A stretch of 64,000 nt of DNA from positions 64,001-128,000 of IMG/VR virus record IMGVR_UViG_3300005077_000001. One strand, written 5' to 3'. Below, piece after piece: positions 1-11,046 of this stretch (its first letter is position 1; each line of letters begins with the position of its first letter). The notes under the pieces are model-generated. The model did no database searches. It was not told where the DNA came from and saw only the letters and a program-made list of their open reading frames with translations. The translations under genes and the position numbers were made by a program. The DNA is from a virus (Duplodnaviria > Caudoviricetes).

Positions 1-2
1 AA

Positions 3-1349
3 TGCTTTCGTACTGGATTCGTTCGTACTTACAGAGTAATTGGTAAATACGAGCCTGGGATAAGCCCTCTTCCTCCATTAAAAGGCAAAGGTAGTAAAGG
101 AGCTATTCCTATTGCGTATCAAGTTCTTAATCCGCTAACAATTGAAATTGTTGGTCCTTTGTGGCTTGGGCAATCTCGTGTGTCTATGAAAGTAGATGAA
201 AATATGAAACAGTTAATGGAAAAGCCTGAGTATAAATTAACACAAGAAGAAAAAACTTTACTTACAAATTTACCTGCTCCTATAAAGAAAGCAATTAAGG
301 AGGGGGAAGATATTATCTTTGATGCAGCACAGGTTGGAGCTATAGATTTTATGAAGATGGATTATGAACGGTATCCCGTTCCTTTAGGTACGAGAGCTTT
401 TTATGCTTTAGATTACAGAGATGCTTTACGTACTGCGGATTTTAGTGCTGTTAATAGTATAACTCATGAAATATTAAAAGTAACAATTGGTAATGATGAA
501 TTTCCTGTTACAGGTCCTGAGCAATTAGAAGCTGTAGCCGAGATGTTCAATACCCCAGAAAGAGCATTCCAAGTTTTTTGGAATCACACTCTTCAGATAG
601 AACGTATTTCCGCTGAAAATACTGATAAAATATTTGGTAAATCGAAGTTTGAACAAGTAAATAGAGATATATCAGGCTCTTTTGGTATTATTCGTGCAAT
701 GGTAGATGGTATTGTTGAAGGGGATACTAACAGTGAAGCTATTAAATTAGCAGTTAAAACAGTTTTAGCTAAATTAAACTATGCTCGTCGTCTAGTTGCA
801 GATTGGTTAGAAGAGGAATATGTTTATATTGCTAATGTTAATAAGTTTGATATAATACCTAGTGTAAGGTTTGATGAGTATGAACTTCAAGATACACTTG
901 CGATTAAGAACTACTTAATGGGCTTAGCTGACCGTAGAATAGTGTCCTATAAAACAATACAGGAAGAATTAGGGTATAGTTCTTCTTATGAGCAAGAAAC
1001 AATGAAAACTGAATTTCCAGATGTTATTGCAGGGTATCTTGGGATTAAAGGTAGTCCTTACCAAGGAAATTCTGGAATGCTGGGTGGGAATCAGCCTATA
1101 CAGGGTACTCCTAAAGGTACCCCATCTACCGGCCGACCTAAAAACCAGCCATCTCGCAAGAAACCGAAGCCAGCAACCCCGGAAGGAAAAACGAAATATC
1201 AAATAAAAACTGGACCAAAAAGAAAAGCCGCATCTTTGGAAGATATAGAGAATTTAGTTTTGAATATGGGGTCGGAAGAACTAGAAAACCTTGAGCAATC
1301 AATTAAGAATTTAAAAGATATAAAGGAAAAGGAAAAAAATGGGGAGTAA
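3..1349 (+). CDS. Probable portal protein, 5'-truncated (frame is open from base 3)
   Basis: Frame 3 reads CFRTGFVRTYRVIGKYEP...IPIAYQVLNPLTIEIVGPLW upstream of the track start at 159 with no stop. First gene of the head module, upstream of the protease-like gene and capsid; basic low-complexity C-tail. Call rests on position and family resemblance. Confidence 0.6.
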   Translation, partial: CFRTGFVRTYRVIGKYEPGISPLPPLKGKGSKGAIPIAYQVLNPLTIEIVGPLWLGQSRVSMKVDENMKQLMEKPEYKLTQEEKTLLTNLPAPIKKAIKEGEDIIFDAAQVGAIDFMKMDYERYPVPLGTRAFYALDYRDALRTADFSAVNSITHEILKVTIGNDEFPVTGPEQLEAVAEMFNTPERAFQVFWNHTLQIERISAENTDKIFGKSKFEQVNRDISGSFGIIRAMVDGIVEGDTNSEAIKLAVKTVLAKLNYARRLVADWLEEEYVYIANVNKFDIIPSVRFDEYELQDTLAIKNYLMGLADRRIVSYKTIQEELGYSSSYEQETMKTEFPDVIAGYLGIKGSPYQGNSGMLGGNQPIQGTPKGTPSTGRPKNQPSRKKPKPATPEGKTKYQIKTGPKRKAASLEDIENLVLNMGSEELENLEQSIKNLKDIKEKEKNGE

Positions 1350-2448
1350 CCTAAACAGGTGGACCGATGAAGATACTGAATTAGCTCTTAATAACTATGA
1401 TTCAAAATCTACTAAAGAATTATATCTTTTGTTTTCTAAGTTTAGTAAATCTACTGTAAGAAATAATCTGCATAAGATAGGGTTAAAAGTAAAAACTAAT
1501 GAATGGACTCCAAAAGAAGATTCCTTCTTATTAAATAATAGTCACATGACTTGTAATGAGCAGTCCAAATACTTAAATAGAACTGTACAGGCAATTGCAG
1601 CTAGACGTAGCCATTTACAAGCACTTAAATCCTATAGTTGGTCTATTGAAGAAGAGTCTTTGTTAAGGGATAATTCTTATAATACTCCTACATCTGAATT
1701 AAATAAGCTATTACCTCGTAGAACAAAAATGTCTATTAATAGGAGAATACACGTATTAGGTTTAAGTGGAAATCGATATGAAGCATCTTCTAAAGCTTCT
1801 AGAAAATATACATTTGATTTTGATTTTTTTAATGAACCAAATATAATGAACTCTGGATATGCAGGGTTTATTGCAGCAGATGGGTGTATTGTTACAAATG
1901 AAAATTGTGTGAAAATAGGAATTAGTTCAAGAGATATCTCTTATTTATATAGTTTAAAAGAAGATATAAATTATGATGGCCCTATTAAAGAATATACTTT
2001 TTTTAATAAAAAAATAAATGGGGATATGGATATATGTGTTATAGAATTACACCATAAAGATACTATAAAGGATTTAAAAACTAATTTTAATATTGTTCCT
2101 AGAAAAACTTTTATTTTAAATCCGCCTGTTGGATTATCATTAGAAAACTCTTTAGCATACATTGTAGGTTATATTGATGGGGATGGGAGTATTTCTATTA
2201 AGAAAAACAAGTTAGTTTTAAGTCTATGTGGAGCTTCTTTAAACGTATTGGTTTATTTTAAAAAATTATTCGATAAATTAGTACCTACTCATAAATCTTA
2301 TGCTAATATAAATAAATACACAACTACGGTATATGAATATAAAATTGGAGGAAAAAGAGCAGCAGAAATTCTTGGTATTCTATATGAATTACCCATTACA
2401 AAACTAGAACGTAAATGGAACAAAGTCCGTGACTTTTTAGATAATTAA
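1339..2448 (+). mobile_element. Free-standing LAGLIDADG homing endonuclease with N-terminal Myb/SANT-like repeats
   Basis: Two motifs YAGFIAADGCI and YIVGYIDGDGSI; three W(T/S)xxE(D/E)xxL repeats; overlaps the portal stop; no flanking space for an intron core. Confidence 0.85.
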
Positions 2449-2488
2449 TCAACTTAATAATAATATTTAGTAATCTTAAGTAGGAGTT

Positions 2489-3895
2489 ATGATAATGAAA
2501 AAATTTTACTCTAAAATTGGTTTTCCTATTAATGTTTATAATGACAAGGAGTTTAGTAGTGTGGATTATAAACACATAGTATCTGCTTTAAATTTACCGC
2601 AGATTACTTCTAAAGACCTTGCTCCATTATTTGGAAAAATGGTGGAGACTGGTGGTAATAAGAATATGGCTTGGTTTGACACCAGTGAATTAATAAAACC
2701 CGATACATTTAATTCTATTGACTATAAAGCTCTGACTGATAATCATGAAGAACAATCTGTTGTGGGTTTTATATTAGCACATAAGTATGTTGACAAGTCC
2801 AACAACAAAATATTGGAATATGCAGATATAGAAAAACTAAATGGTAATAGATTAAAGAATCTAAATTTAGATATTATAATTGGAGGTTTTCTATTTTCAG
2901 ATAGATTTGTGGAATTAGCATCAGAAGCCTCTATTCCTACCAAAGCTCTAAGTATGGAATGTTATTATGAAAATTTCTTATTAAAGTTAGACGATCTTTT
3001 GCTGAGTCAAGAAGAAGCTGCAGCATTAGGTCTTTCCCATTTTATGGATAGAATTATGGATAATTTTAGTTCAATGGAAGAATGCCTAAAAGCACATAGT
3101 CTTAAAGTTATTGCGGGGAATGGTACAGAAGGGGATATTCTAGTGTATAAATATTTAACTGGGATTTTATTCAATGGCTGTGGTCTAGTTTCGAGTCCTG
3201 CATGCCCTTCTTGCACTATAATTCCTAACGAATCAATGGTTGCAGATGAACTTAAAATGGCCGCTTCACAAATTGTACCAGAATTCTCTTTAGATTTAAG
3301 AAAAATAGATAGATACATGAAAGCGTATCAACTTGATAATAAAATAACAACTAATTGTAGGTGTAAAGAAATGCAAGAAGAACCAAAAGATAATGCAGAT
3401 TTAAAAGAAGTAGCGGACCCAGGAGTTCCTCCAAGTATGAATCCTCCTTTTGCTGGTGATACTCCTCCTGATTCTACTCAAACATATACTCCGTCTCCTC
3501 AGGCTAACCCTGATGTTAGACCTGGTTTTTGTGTACAATTTCGTAACCATGTATACAAATTAGAAAAAGACGGTAGTTCTGTTCAAGAGGATTTAATTCA
3601 ATTAGATTCATGGTGTTTACGGAATGACGTAAAATGTGAGGTTGGTGGTGATGCTTCTCAAAAAGGATGTGTGCGTTGGGCACAAAATGACGAAGGTGAT
3701 TTAGTTTGGGATGGCGATGATAACTACCAAGCGATAGAAGTAGACGGCGTTACTTATTTTGATAAAGCCGAAGTTGATACTTTAATAGAGGATTATAAGA
3801 AGAAGTTTAAGAGAGCAAGTTTAAATAAATTTGAAGCTTTGATTCATAATCATAAAGCTTTCTTAGCAAGTATTGAGCCAGACTCGGAGGAATAA
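2489..3895 (+). CDS. Probable prohead maturation protease with Cys-rich C-terminal extension
   Basis: DNHEEQSVVGFI, ALSMECYY and GILFNGCGLVSSPACP resemble the His/Ser and FxGxGLVxxPA pattern of phage prohead proteases; lies between portal and capsid genes. Confidence 0.55.
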   Translation: MIMKKFYSKIGFPINVYNDKEFSSVDYKHIVSALNLPQITSKDLAPLFGKMVETGGNKNMAWFDTSELIKPDTFNSIDYKALTDNHEEQSVVGFILAHKYVDKSNNKILEYADIEKLNGNRLKNLNLDIIIGGFLFSDRFVELASEASIPTKALSMECYYENFLLKLDDLLLSQEEAAALGLSHFMDRIMDNFSSMEECLKAHSLKVIAGNGTEGDILVYKYLTGILFNGCGLVSSPACPSCTIIPNESMVADELKMAASQIVPEFSLDLRKIDRYMKAYQLDNKITTNCRCKEMQEEPKDNADLKEVADPGVPPSMNPPFAGDTPPDSTQTYTPSPQANPDVRPGFCVQFRNHVYKLEKDGSSVQEDLIQLDSWCLRNDVKCEVGGDASQKGCVRWAQNDEGDLVWDGDDNYQAIEVDGVTYFDKAEVDTLIEDYKKKFKRASLNKFEALIHNHKAFLASIEPDSEE

Positions 3896-3908
3896 TTAGG
3901 AATTTGAT

Positions 3909-4394
3909 ATGACTAACAGATCAGTTGGGATTAATACGCAGAATGCGGATAATTGGGTTGCTGCTATTACCGCAGCCGAAGAAGCAGATGGGCATACAAG
4001 ATTAATTCAGCTTATTTCTGTGGTTGCCGGTAAAATAGATGAATCAATAGGAAGTCCTGCACGAACAGTTGCTTCCAATGATAGTTTAGATATAACTACA
4101 GTTTCTGGAAATGTGCTAGTTGGTGATTCATCATATATGAGTATGTATATACAGCATAGCCAAGAAGATGGAAGCTGTTTGGTAACTCCTTTATTATGTG
4201 ATAATGATGGGGTTACTATTGGATGTCTTGATTCTAAAGTTTCTAGGGTTTCGGCACCTTTAAAAACAGGTTCTTATTATTTGAGTTCACATTTGTCGTG
4301 GGATATACGGGAAACAGGAGCATATAAATGTTTCCCACACATTTATAATTTATCAAGTTCAAATATAATTAAATGTTGGATTTTTTTAATTTAA
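3909..4394 (+). CDS. Hypothetical protein, probably virion-associated
   Basis: 161-aa ORF tightly packed in the operon; no recognised domain. Confidence 0.6.
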   Translation: MTNRSVGINTQNADNWVAAITAAEEADGHTRLIQLISVVAGKIDESIGSPARTVASNDSLDITTVSGNVLVGDSSYMSMYIQHSQEDGSCLVTPLLCDNDGVTIGCLDSKVSRVSAPLKTGSYYLSSHLSWDIRETGAYKCFPHIYNLSSSNIIKCWIFLI

Positions 4395-4406
4395 GGGAGA
4401 CTTAAA

Positions 4407-4742
4407 ATGACAATCTATGATAGGTACAGCACAAGAACATCTGATTATCCCAAGCCATTTGAAAATTATAATTTTGTAGAATTTACTGTGGCTAGTGGGG
4501 TAGTAGATTATGATGTAAATGCAGAGACTGATTTATTTAATAAAATAAAAACTTCCAATGATACCTTCATATGGGTTTATGACAATAATATTGAAGCAAA
4601 GCTATCTTCTATTACAAATGCTGCAATTTTAATGGATGCTGACACTTATATGAACTTTCCTACAATTAATATTACTAATGTTTATATAACTGCATCTGGA
4701 GGAGACGCTAGAGTTAGGATGATGATTTGCGGCTGGAGGTAA
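4407..4742 (+). CDS. Hypothetical small beta-rich virion protein
   Basis: 111 aa, RBS AAGGGAG upstream; VASG/ASGG motifs shared with neighbouring decoration genes. Confidence 0.6.
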   Translation: MTIYDRYSTRTSDYPKPFENYNFVEFTVASGVVDYDVNAETDLFNKIKTSNDTFIWVYDNNIEAKLSSITNAAILMDADTYMNFPTINITNVYITASGGDARVRMMICGWR

Positions 4743-4748
4743 TTAGAG

Positions 4749-6406
4749 ATGGCTATTATTTTCACTTCTCTTAATAGCGGTGGTGGCTTTTCTGATGTTA
4801 GTAAGCTTATGTTGATGCACAAGATGCTTCTGATAGATCTTATGCTTTAGATTTGGTTTCTAGCATTTCAGGCTTGGCAGCTGCTTTTTCTGGCGGTGAA
4901 ATTGATTTATCTGCTTTTGCCGATATGGTTACAGAAGACGTTTTACTCACTACAAGTGGTTACTTATTATCACAAATCCCCTCTTTAGCTGGCTATGCAA
5001 CTCAAGTATGGGTTAATTCCAATATAGATACAGTGAGTGGAGTCGTAGTATCGCAAATACCATCTCTCTCTGGTTATGCTACCCAAGTTTGGATCTCTAA
5101 TCAGGATTTAGCTAACCATAGTGATTTATCTACATTAAGCGGAGTTATTGTAAGTCAAATACCTTCTTTAGATTCCTATGCAACTCAGGCATGGACCACT
5201 AATACTTTTGTGACTTTAGAAGATTTATCTACTTTTAGTGGCGGAGGGGGAGTAACGTTACAGCAGCTACTTACTACGAGTGGTGTCTTAGTAGCCCAAA
5301 TCCCATCTCTCACTGGATATGCAACTCAAACATGGGTGGACACCAACTTTATTGATAATAATGAGATTACAGCATATGTAACTCAAACTATGCTTAACAC
5401 AAATTATTACACTAAAACTGATATTAATACAATTAGTGGGGTTTTGGCTAACCAGACTCCAAGCTCTTCTACTGGATTTACATGGAATTTTATAACTTCA
5501 GACACTTCAGCTGAGACTAATAATGGATATATAATAGATGCTGGGGATAACTCAGTGAATTTGTCACTACCTGTATTGCCGGAAGCAGGAGACTCTGTTG
5601 GGATTAAAGTTGTAGATCTTACTAATGAGGTTTTGGTTTCAAAAAATGGATCTCCTATCTTTGGTCAAATATCGGACTTGACTATTGATATTCTAGGTGC
5701 AGCTTTTACATTAGTTTATACAAACTCTTCTTACGGGTGGGTTTGTGTAGACCAGGTATATGAGAGTATGGTATCATCTTTTTCAAATGAATACTCTATG
5801 TATTTTGATGGGTCCAATGATTATGTAAGTGCTCCAGATTCAGATGCGTTAGATTTCGGAACTGATGGGTTTTCTATATCTGTTTGGTTTAAAGCCGCCG
5901 AGGATGGCTTAAATATAATACAATCTATGGTTTCCAAAATATGGGATGTTAGCAGTTCTACAGGTACTCCTGGATGGTGTATTGGTCTTAATAGTAGTGG
6001 ACGGGTGGAAGTATACCTAGGTGATACGGGCGATTCTAATAATGAACCATTAACTGGCTATGAGATGAGTTTGGTAGACTACAGAGACAATATGTGGCAT
6101 AATGTTATATCAATTATTGATAGAAGTCTAAATACTCTTTACATCTACTTTGATGGCGAGTTGAAGAATTCTTTTGATATCTCTGAATGGACTACAAGCT
6201 TTGATAGCTCTTATCCACTATACCTCGGAGCTAATTATAATAAGGGTGGGGCTCTGGATGGCTATTACAAAGGTTATTTAGACGAAGTATCTATTTTTAA
6301 TTCTGTGTTGTCTTTAGATGATGTCTCAAGAGTCTATAATGATGGTCTTGGCTCTGACTTATCAGGTTTCGATAATTTAGTCGCTTGGTATAGAATGGGG
6401 GATTAA
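4749..6406 (+). CDS. Fibre/decoration protein with QIPSL repeats and C-terminal LamG domain; frameshifted near 4804 (track ORF 4853-6406 is the downstream frame)
   Basis: GGAGGT at 4735-4740 precedes ATG 4749 (MAIIFTSLNSGGGFSDVSK); the -1 frame continues AYVDAQDASDRSYALDLVSSISG into the track ORF. LamG motifs YSMYFDGSNDYV, FSISVWFK, WHNVI, YLDEVSIFNSVL, AWYRMGD. Confidence 0.75.
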
Positions 6407-6408
6407 AA

Positions 6409-8319
6409 ATGTCATTTCCTACTTTAATAGATTATTCACCTACAGCTAATAATGCAACAGCTTATAATACTACATCTGGTTGTATAAGTGTTACTAGCTC
6501 ACAGTATAACCCCGTGTCGTATATGATTAAAAAGCCGTACTTAGTATGGCAACTAGATGATACCACGATGAAAATAAACTGGCAGTTGGATAGAACATCT
6601 ACTTGCCGGATTTCTTATGGGACTGATACTACATACGGTTTAGGTAGTCATACTACTACTGAGACTGGCTCTGGAACAAATGAGCATCAACATTCTTATA
6701 CCCTTACTAATCTAACCCCCGGTACAAAATATTACTATAAAATACAAGATCGAGGCGTGTATTATGGGGAATTTGTGGCTCCGAATAGCTCTGATGATGA
6801 TTCCTATTTCTTTGCTATAGGAGACACGCAGGGAACTCCACTAAAGCACTTCAATTTTATGTCTAAAAAAATGTACCAAATAGTGGCGAGCGGAACTCCT
6901 TATAATTTTGTATTTCATGCTGGGGATTGGTCTGATACAGATACTGAAGAAAATATCCAGGAAAACTTCTTTGACCCGGATTATTACTACAGCAACAAAA
7001 TACGTTCTAATATTCCATTCATCGGAGTTAGAGGAAACCACGATAATACTGATGGAGCTGTAACTTATCATAAATATTGGGACTTTAATTATGTTACCCC
7101 TTTTTATATGTATTTTGATAATGGTCCAGTAAGGCATATTCTCGTGGATGCTTATGGTACGATAACTCCAGGATCATCTCAGTACAATTGGCTTGAGTCT
7201 ACCATATCTGGTTCTACTAAACCATGGAATATAATATGGGTACATACTCCAATATTTACTGATAACGGAGGGCATGGTTCTAATACTACATTAAGGGGTA
7301 ATATTGGCCCACTATTAGCTTCTGGAATAACTCAATTAGTTATTGGTGGTCATAACCACTTCTATAGCAGATGCACTGTTAGTGGAATAACACATATAAC
7401 TACTGGTGGGGCTGGAGCTTCACTATATACTCCTACTTATTCAGGCACAGGCTTGGATATAACTGTACAAGATTGGCACTTTCTAGAATTTTATGCAACC
7501 ACTTCTGGACTAACTTGTAACGCAAGAAGTTGGGATGATTATGCTTTAATTGATACTTTTACCTTAGTTGCGAGTGGTATCCAAAGTGAAGAAGAGGAGC
7601 CCGAAGAGTTCAATAACGTATATTCTACATATTTTGCTGGGACAGACGACTATGGAATAGTATCAGACAGTAGAAGTCTAGATTTTGGTAGAAATGATTT
7701 CGGTATTTCTTTCTGGGCTAGAATTGATGGAACTCCAGCTACTTACCAATCTTTAGTAAGTAAAATAAACGATTATAATTCTAGTAGCGGTGGCAAAGGG
7801 TGGTCTGTATATGTTAACACATCAGGAAGAGTGTGTATTAAAATCAGCGATACTGAAAACAGTACATTAACAGAATACAGTACAAAAACTACTGATTATA
7901 GAGACGGGAATTGGCATCATTTCATATTTAATTATTATTTTGCTACGAATACGGCTTCCTATTTTATTGACGGGGTTGCTCAGGATAGTGATGTTACATC
8001 GGCTTTTGCTGGTAACTTTGACTCTACATATCCTCTTATGGTAGGTATGGGGTGGAATAAAGGAGCTACTAAAGATTTAGCCTTAACTGGGTATGTGGAT
8101 GAGATTTCGATACATAATTCACCTATAGATCAAGCTAAGGCAACTTCTATGTACAATAATGGAAAGCCTGTCGATCTATCTGAGGATAATACTCTAATGG
8201 CTTGGTGGAGAATGGGCGATGGGGATACTTACCCAAATATAACTGACCACGGACCCAATAACCTTACAATGACTGTGTATAATATGACATCTGAAAGTAT
8301 TGTTTCTACTGTACCATAA
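6409..8319 (+). CDS. FN3 + purple-acid-phosphatase-like metallophosphoesterase + LamG protein
   Basis: FN3-like LTNLTPGTKYYYKI; calcineurin-fold motifs GDTQG, HAGDWSD, RGNHD, WVHTP, GGHNH; C-terminal LamG (YSTYFAGTDDY...WHHFI...DEISIHN...WWRMGD). Confidence 0.85.
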   Translation: MSFPTLIDYSPTANNATAYNTTSGCISVTSSQYNPVSYMIKKPYLVWQLDDTTMKINWQLDRTSTCRISYGTDTTYGLGSHTTTETGSGTNEHQHSYTLTNLTPGTKYYYKIQDRGVYYGEFVAPNSSDDDSYFFAIGDTQGTPLKHFNFMSKKMYQIVASGTPYNFVFHAGDWSDTDTEENIQENFFDPDYYYSNKIRSNIPFIGVRGNHDNTDGAVTYHKYWDFNYVTPFYMYFDNGPVRHILVDAYGTITPGSSQYNWLESTISGSTKPWNIIWVHTPIFTDNGGHGSNTTLRGNIGPLLASGITQLVIGGHNHFYSRCTVSGITHITTGGAGASLYTPTYSGTGLDITVQDWHFLEFYATTSGLTCNARSWDDYALIDTFTLVASGIQSEEEEPEEFNNVYSTYFAGTDDYGIVSDSRSLDFGRNDFGISFWARIDGTPATYQSLVSKINDYNSSSGGKGWSVYVNTSGRVCIKISDTENSTLTEYSTKTTDYRDGNWHHFIFNYYFATNTASYFIDGVAQDSDVTSAFAGNFDSTYPLMVGMGWNKGATKDLALTGYVDEISIHNSPIDQAKATSMYNNGKPVDLSEDNTLMAWWRMGDGDTYPNITDHGPNNLTMTVYNMTSESIVSTVP

Positions 8320-8332
8320 TAGAGATTAAATA

Positions 8333-10969
8333 ATGAAACTTAGTGATATTTACCCACAACCAGTTTATTTAACCGAGCTTATTTCTGCAAGCGGGGTTAT
8401 TGTAAATCAAATACCTTCCCTAAATGGGTATGCTACTGAAGTTTGGGTGGCAAATGAACTGAATACTATTTCTGGCGGGGGAGATGTTACATTATCCCAA
8501 CTTATCACAACCAGTGGGGATATTATTGATCAACTTAATCAGATATCAATCAGTGGAGAGGGGCTTCCTATAGCTGTTGACCGGTCTTTATTAGTTTATG
8601 TAGATGATCATTGGGAAGGTACTACTGACGGTATATTTACTGCTTATAGTGGCAGCTTTACTCATGGGCTAACTGTAGGAACTGGCACTTTACATTTCAA
8701 TCAAGAGGGTATTGTTTTTGCTGATGGAAGTGAAATTACTGGTGCTCCTCAAGTTATTGGCGAGGAAATTTTATATGCTGTACCGAGTGGTATGGCTTGG
8801 ATTATTAAGCCATCCTCTAGACTTGCAAGGATCATCAATGATGGTGTTTTGCATGCCGGAACTCCTGGAACCGTAACTTGGTCTGGAATGCAAATTGGTT
8901 TATGGAATGGAGAAGAGTGGTCTGTTGTTACTCCACCTGCGGTTATGTACGAATTTGATGGCTCCAAAAGAGATATTGATAATAATGCATTAGAAGAAGG
9001 AACTAAGTATGATGTATATGCCAAGTATGCGTCTTCTACTGAATTTGACTTCATAATTGTTCCTTGGGATAGTACCACTTCAAGAAGAGCTGACACCTGT
9101 ATACTCCACGAGAGTACCCGTGTTTATGATTCTAGTTCTGATGGATTGAAGATGAGATTTTTAGGATCATTTACATTTGATGTGGAATACACCCCATCAT
9201 GGACTGAATGGGAACAGGAAAAGATCTATGAGCGTGGTGATATAGTAAAGCACGATGATAAATATTATGTATGTAAATGTAGGCATGCTTCTGATCCTTG
9301 GCACTCTTGGAGTTATGATACAACCTATAGTGGTGGAGATGTTGTAGTCATCACTGATGACTTAGTCGAAATATTCATATGTTTGCAGGACCATACTAGT
9401 GTCCCAGAGTCAGCAGTTTGGTGGCCGTCTGGAGGTGTCTACCAGCATTACACGCTAGGGGATTGGGTATGGTACCCACCTGAAGCGTCAGATGAGAATG
9501 AGCGTTATCTATATACTTGTATACAAGAAGAGGGAAGTTTAGAAAATCCTCCTACAGGAGAACAGACTGATAATACTTGGTGGCACTACGAACGAATACT
9601 AGTTTTGAATCCTAATCCGAGTTGTGTTAATGAGTATAACCAATTTGTCCCTAAATATGATCCACCTGTTGTGTGTGATTATTGGCAGGATATGGGGCGG
9701 TATGAAAATGAACCAGGGCTAGATACTATAAGCGATCCAGATCCTTGGGAATATTATTGGGCTCCAATAACAAATGGTAACTTCCCAATGTGGATTACTA
9801 ATAGATACATTATGAATCAGTATATAGACATAGATGTTGTACAGTATTTTCCTGCTGAGGGAACAACTCCAGTAGAATATATATCTAATACAATACTTGG
9901 ACCTCGTACTATGAATTATAAAGCACCGCAAATGCAATGTGAACGTGGTGCAGCTGTGTATCCAGGAACCTATTCAGAATCTATTTATTTACCTGCTGGA
10001 AATTATTCTGCGGCGGGAACTCTTGCGGATTCTATTTATCCTGATACATCAAACACGTCTATTCTGTGGAATTTATCAGCTAATAGTTCATTTACTTTGT
10101 TAGATGGCACTGTTGATAGCAGAACTGCTGTTGAATCTTGGTATTCAGTCTTTATGGTTGCTTCTGGTATTACAGTTTTACCGTGGTTTAGTACTTTTGG
10201 TCTAGGTGGCTTTGATGATAATGAAAATATGGCTGTTTGGGTTTACTATTTTGAACCAGAGAACGATGACTATAAAATAATTACTGAAGATGGTCAGTGG
10301 GCGGGGTATAGAGTTGTACGTCATAGTTCTGGTGTAGGAGAAGGAGCTGTGGCAACAATAGCTAGTGGTATGGTATATTATGAACATGATACCATGATTG
10401 GACCTATTGCTGGTCCTTGCTTAGCTTTAGAACCGGCAGTTGGTTGGAGTGACGATCCAGTAGATCCTTTCTCTGGTGAGGAATATATACAAATGGTACC
10501 CCCTGCAAATGTTCCTTATCTTTATTTAGGAAGTGTGCTTTGCACCTCCACCGATGGCAAGTTTCAAGCATTTTCAAAGAAGGGGAACACTTATAAGTGG
10601 GATTTTCCCATTACAATATCAGGGTACAGTGCAGAAGATGGATATTGTGGGTTAGTTAATTTTTCCAGGGCTGCTATCCCAACAGCAAAATCTTATAATT
10701 TTGCTTTAAAAATCAAATCATCTGGTGTATGTGATTATCTTGGGGTTGTGTTTGATGATTATTGGGGAGATGATGGGGTAAAATACTATTATCCTACTAA
10801 AGGGTTAGATAATCCAGAAATATCTATTCCATTTTATGGTTTTTCTTCTGATGAATGCGAGTTCACTTATTTAAGATGTATTAAATACAATGTCGATGGG
10901 GAAACTGGAGAATTAGTTGAGTCACCAGCAGATGAGTCATGGGTAATTATGACAGGATTTCAAGATTAA
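8333..10969 (+). CDS. Fibre/decoration protein with three CBM5/12-like aromatic repeats
   Basis: WEQEKIYERGDIVKHDDKYYVC, WSYDTTYSGGDVVVI, YQHYTLGDWVWYP; one QIPSLNGYATEVWV repeat; carries the IGLWNG...RFLG domain shared with three downstream genes. Confidence 0.7.
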   Translation: MKLSDIYPQPVYLTELISASGVIVNQIPSLNGYATEVWVANELNTISGGGDVTLSQLITTSGDIIDQLNQISISGEGLPIAVDRSLLVYVDDHWEGTTDGIFTAYSGSFTHGLTVGTGTLHFNQEGIVFADGSEITGAPQVIGEEILYAVPSGMAWIIKPSSRLARIINDGVLHAGTPGTVTWSGMQIGLWNGEEWSVVTPPAVMYEFDGSKRDIDNNALEEGTKYDVYAKYASSTEFDFIIVPWDSTTSRRADTCILHESTRVYDSSSDGLKMRFLGSFTFDVEYTPSWTEWEQEKIYERGDIVKHDDKYYVCKCRHASDPWHSWSYDTTYSGGDVVVITDDLVEIFICLQDHTSVPESAVWWPSGGVYQHYTLGDWVWYPPEASDENERYLYTCIQEEGSLENPPTGEQTDNTWWHYERILVLNPNPSCVNEYNQFVPKYDPPVVCDYWQDMGRYENEPGLDTISDPDPWEYYWAPITNGNFPMWITNRYIMNQYIDIDVVQYFPAEGTTPVEYISNTILGPRTMNYKAPQMQCERGAAVYPGTYSESIYLPAGNYSAAGTLADSIYPDTSNTSILWNLSANSSFTLLDGTVDSRTAVESWYSVFMVASGITVLPWFSTFGLGGFDDNENMAVWVYYFEPENDDYKIITEDGQWAGYRVVRHSSGVGEGAVATIASGMVYYEHDTMIGPIAGPCLALEPAVGWSDDPVDPFSGEEYIQMVPPANVPYLYLGSVLCTSTDGKFQAFSKKGNTYKWDFPITISGYSAEDGYCGLVNFSRAAIPTAKSYNFALKIKSSGVCDYLGVVFDDYWGDDGVKYYYPTKGLDNPEISIPFYGFSSDECEFTYLRCIKYNVDGETGELVESPADESWVIMTGFQD

Positions 10970-11046
10970 AGTTTATAAGTATCTTTGTAATTAAAAGGAG
11001 GTATGGTTTTTTACCAACCTAAAAACAAAAAAAGGAGAAAAGGATT

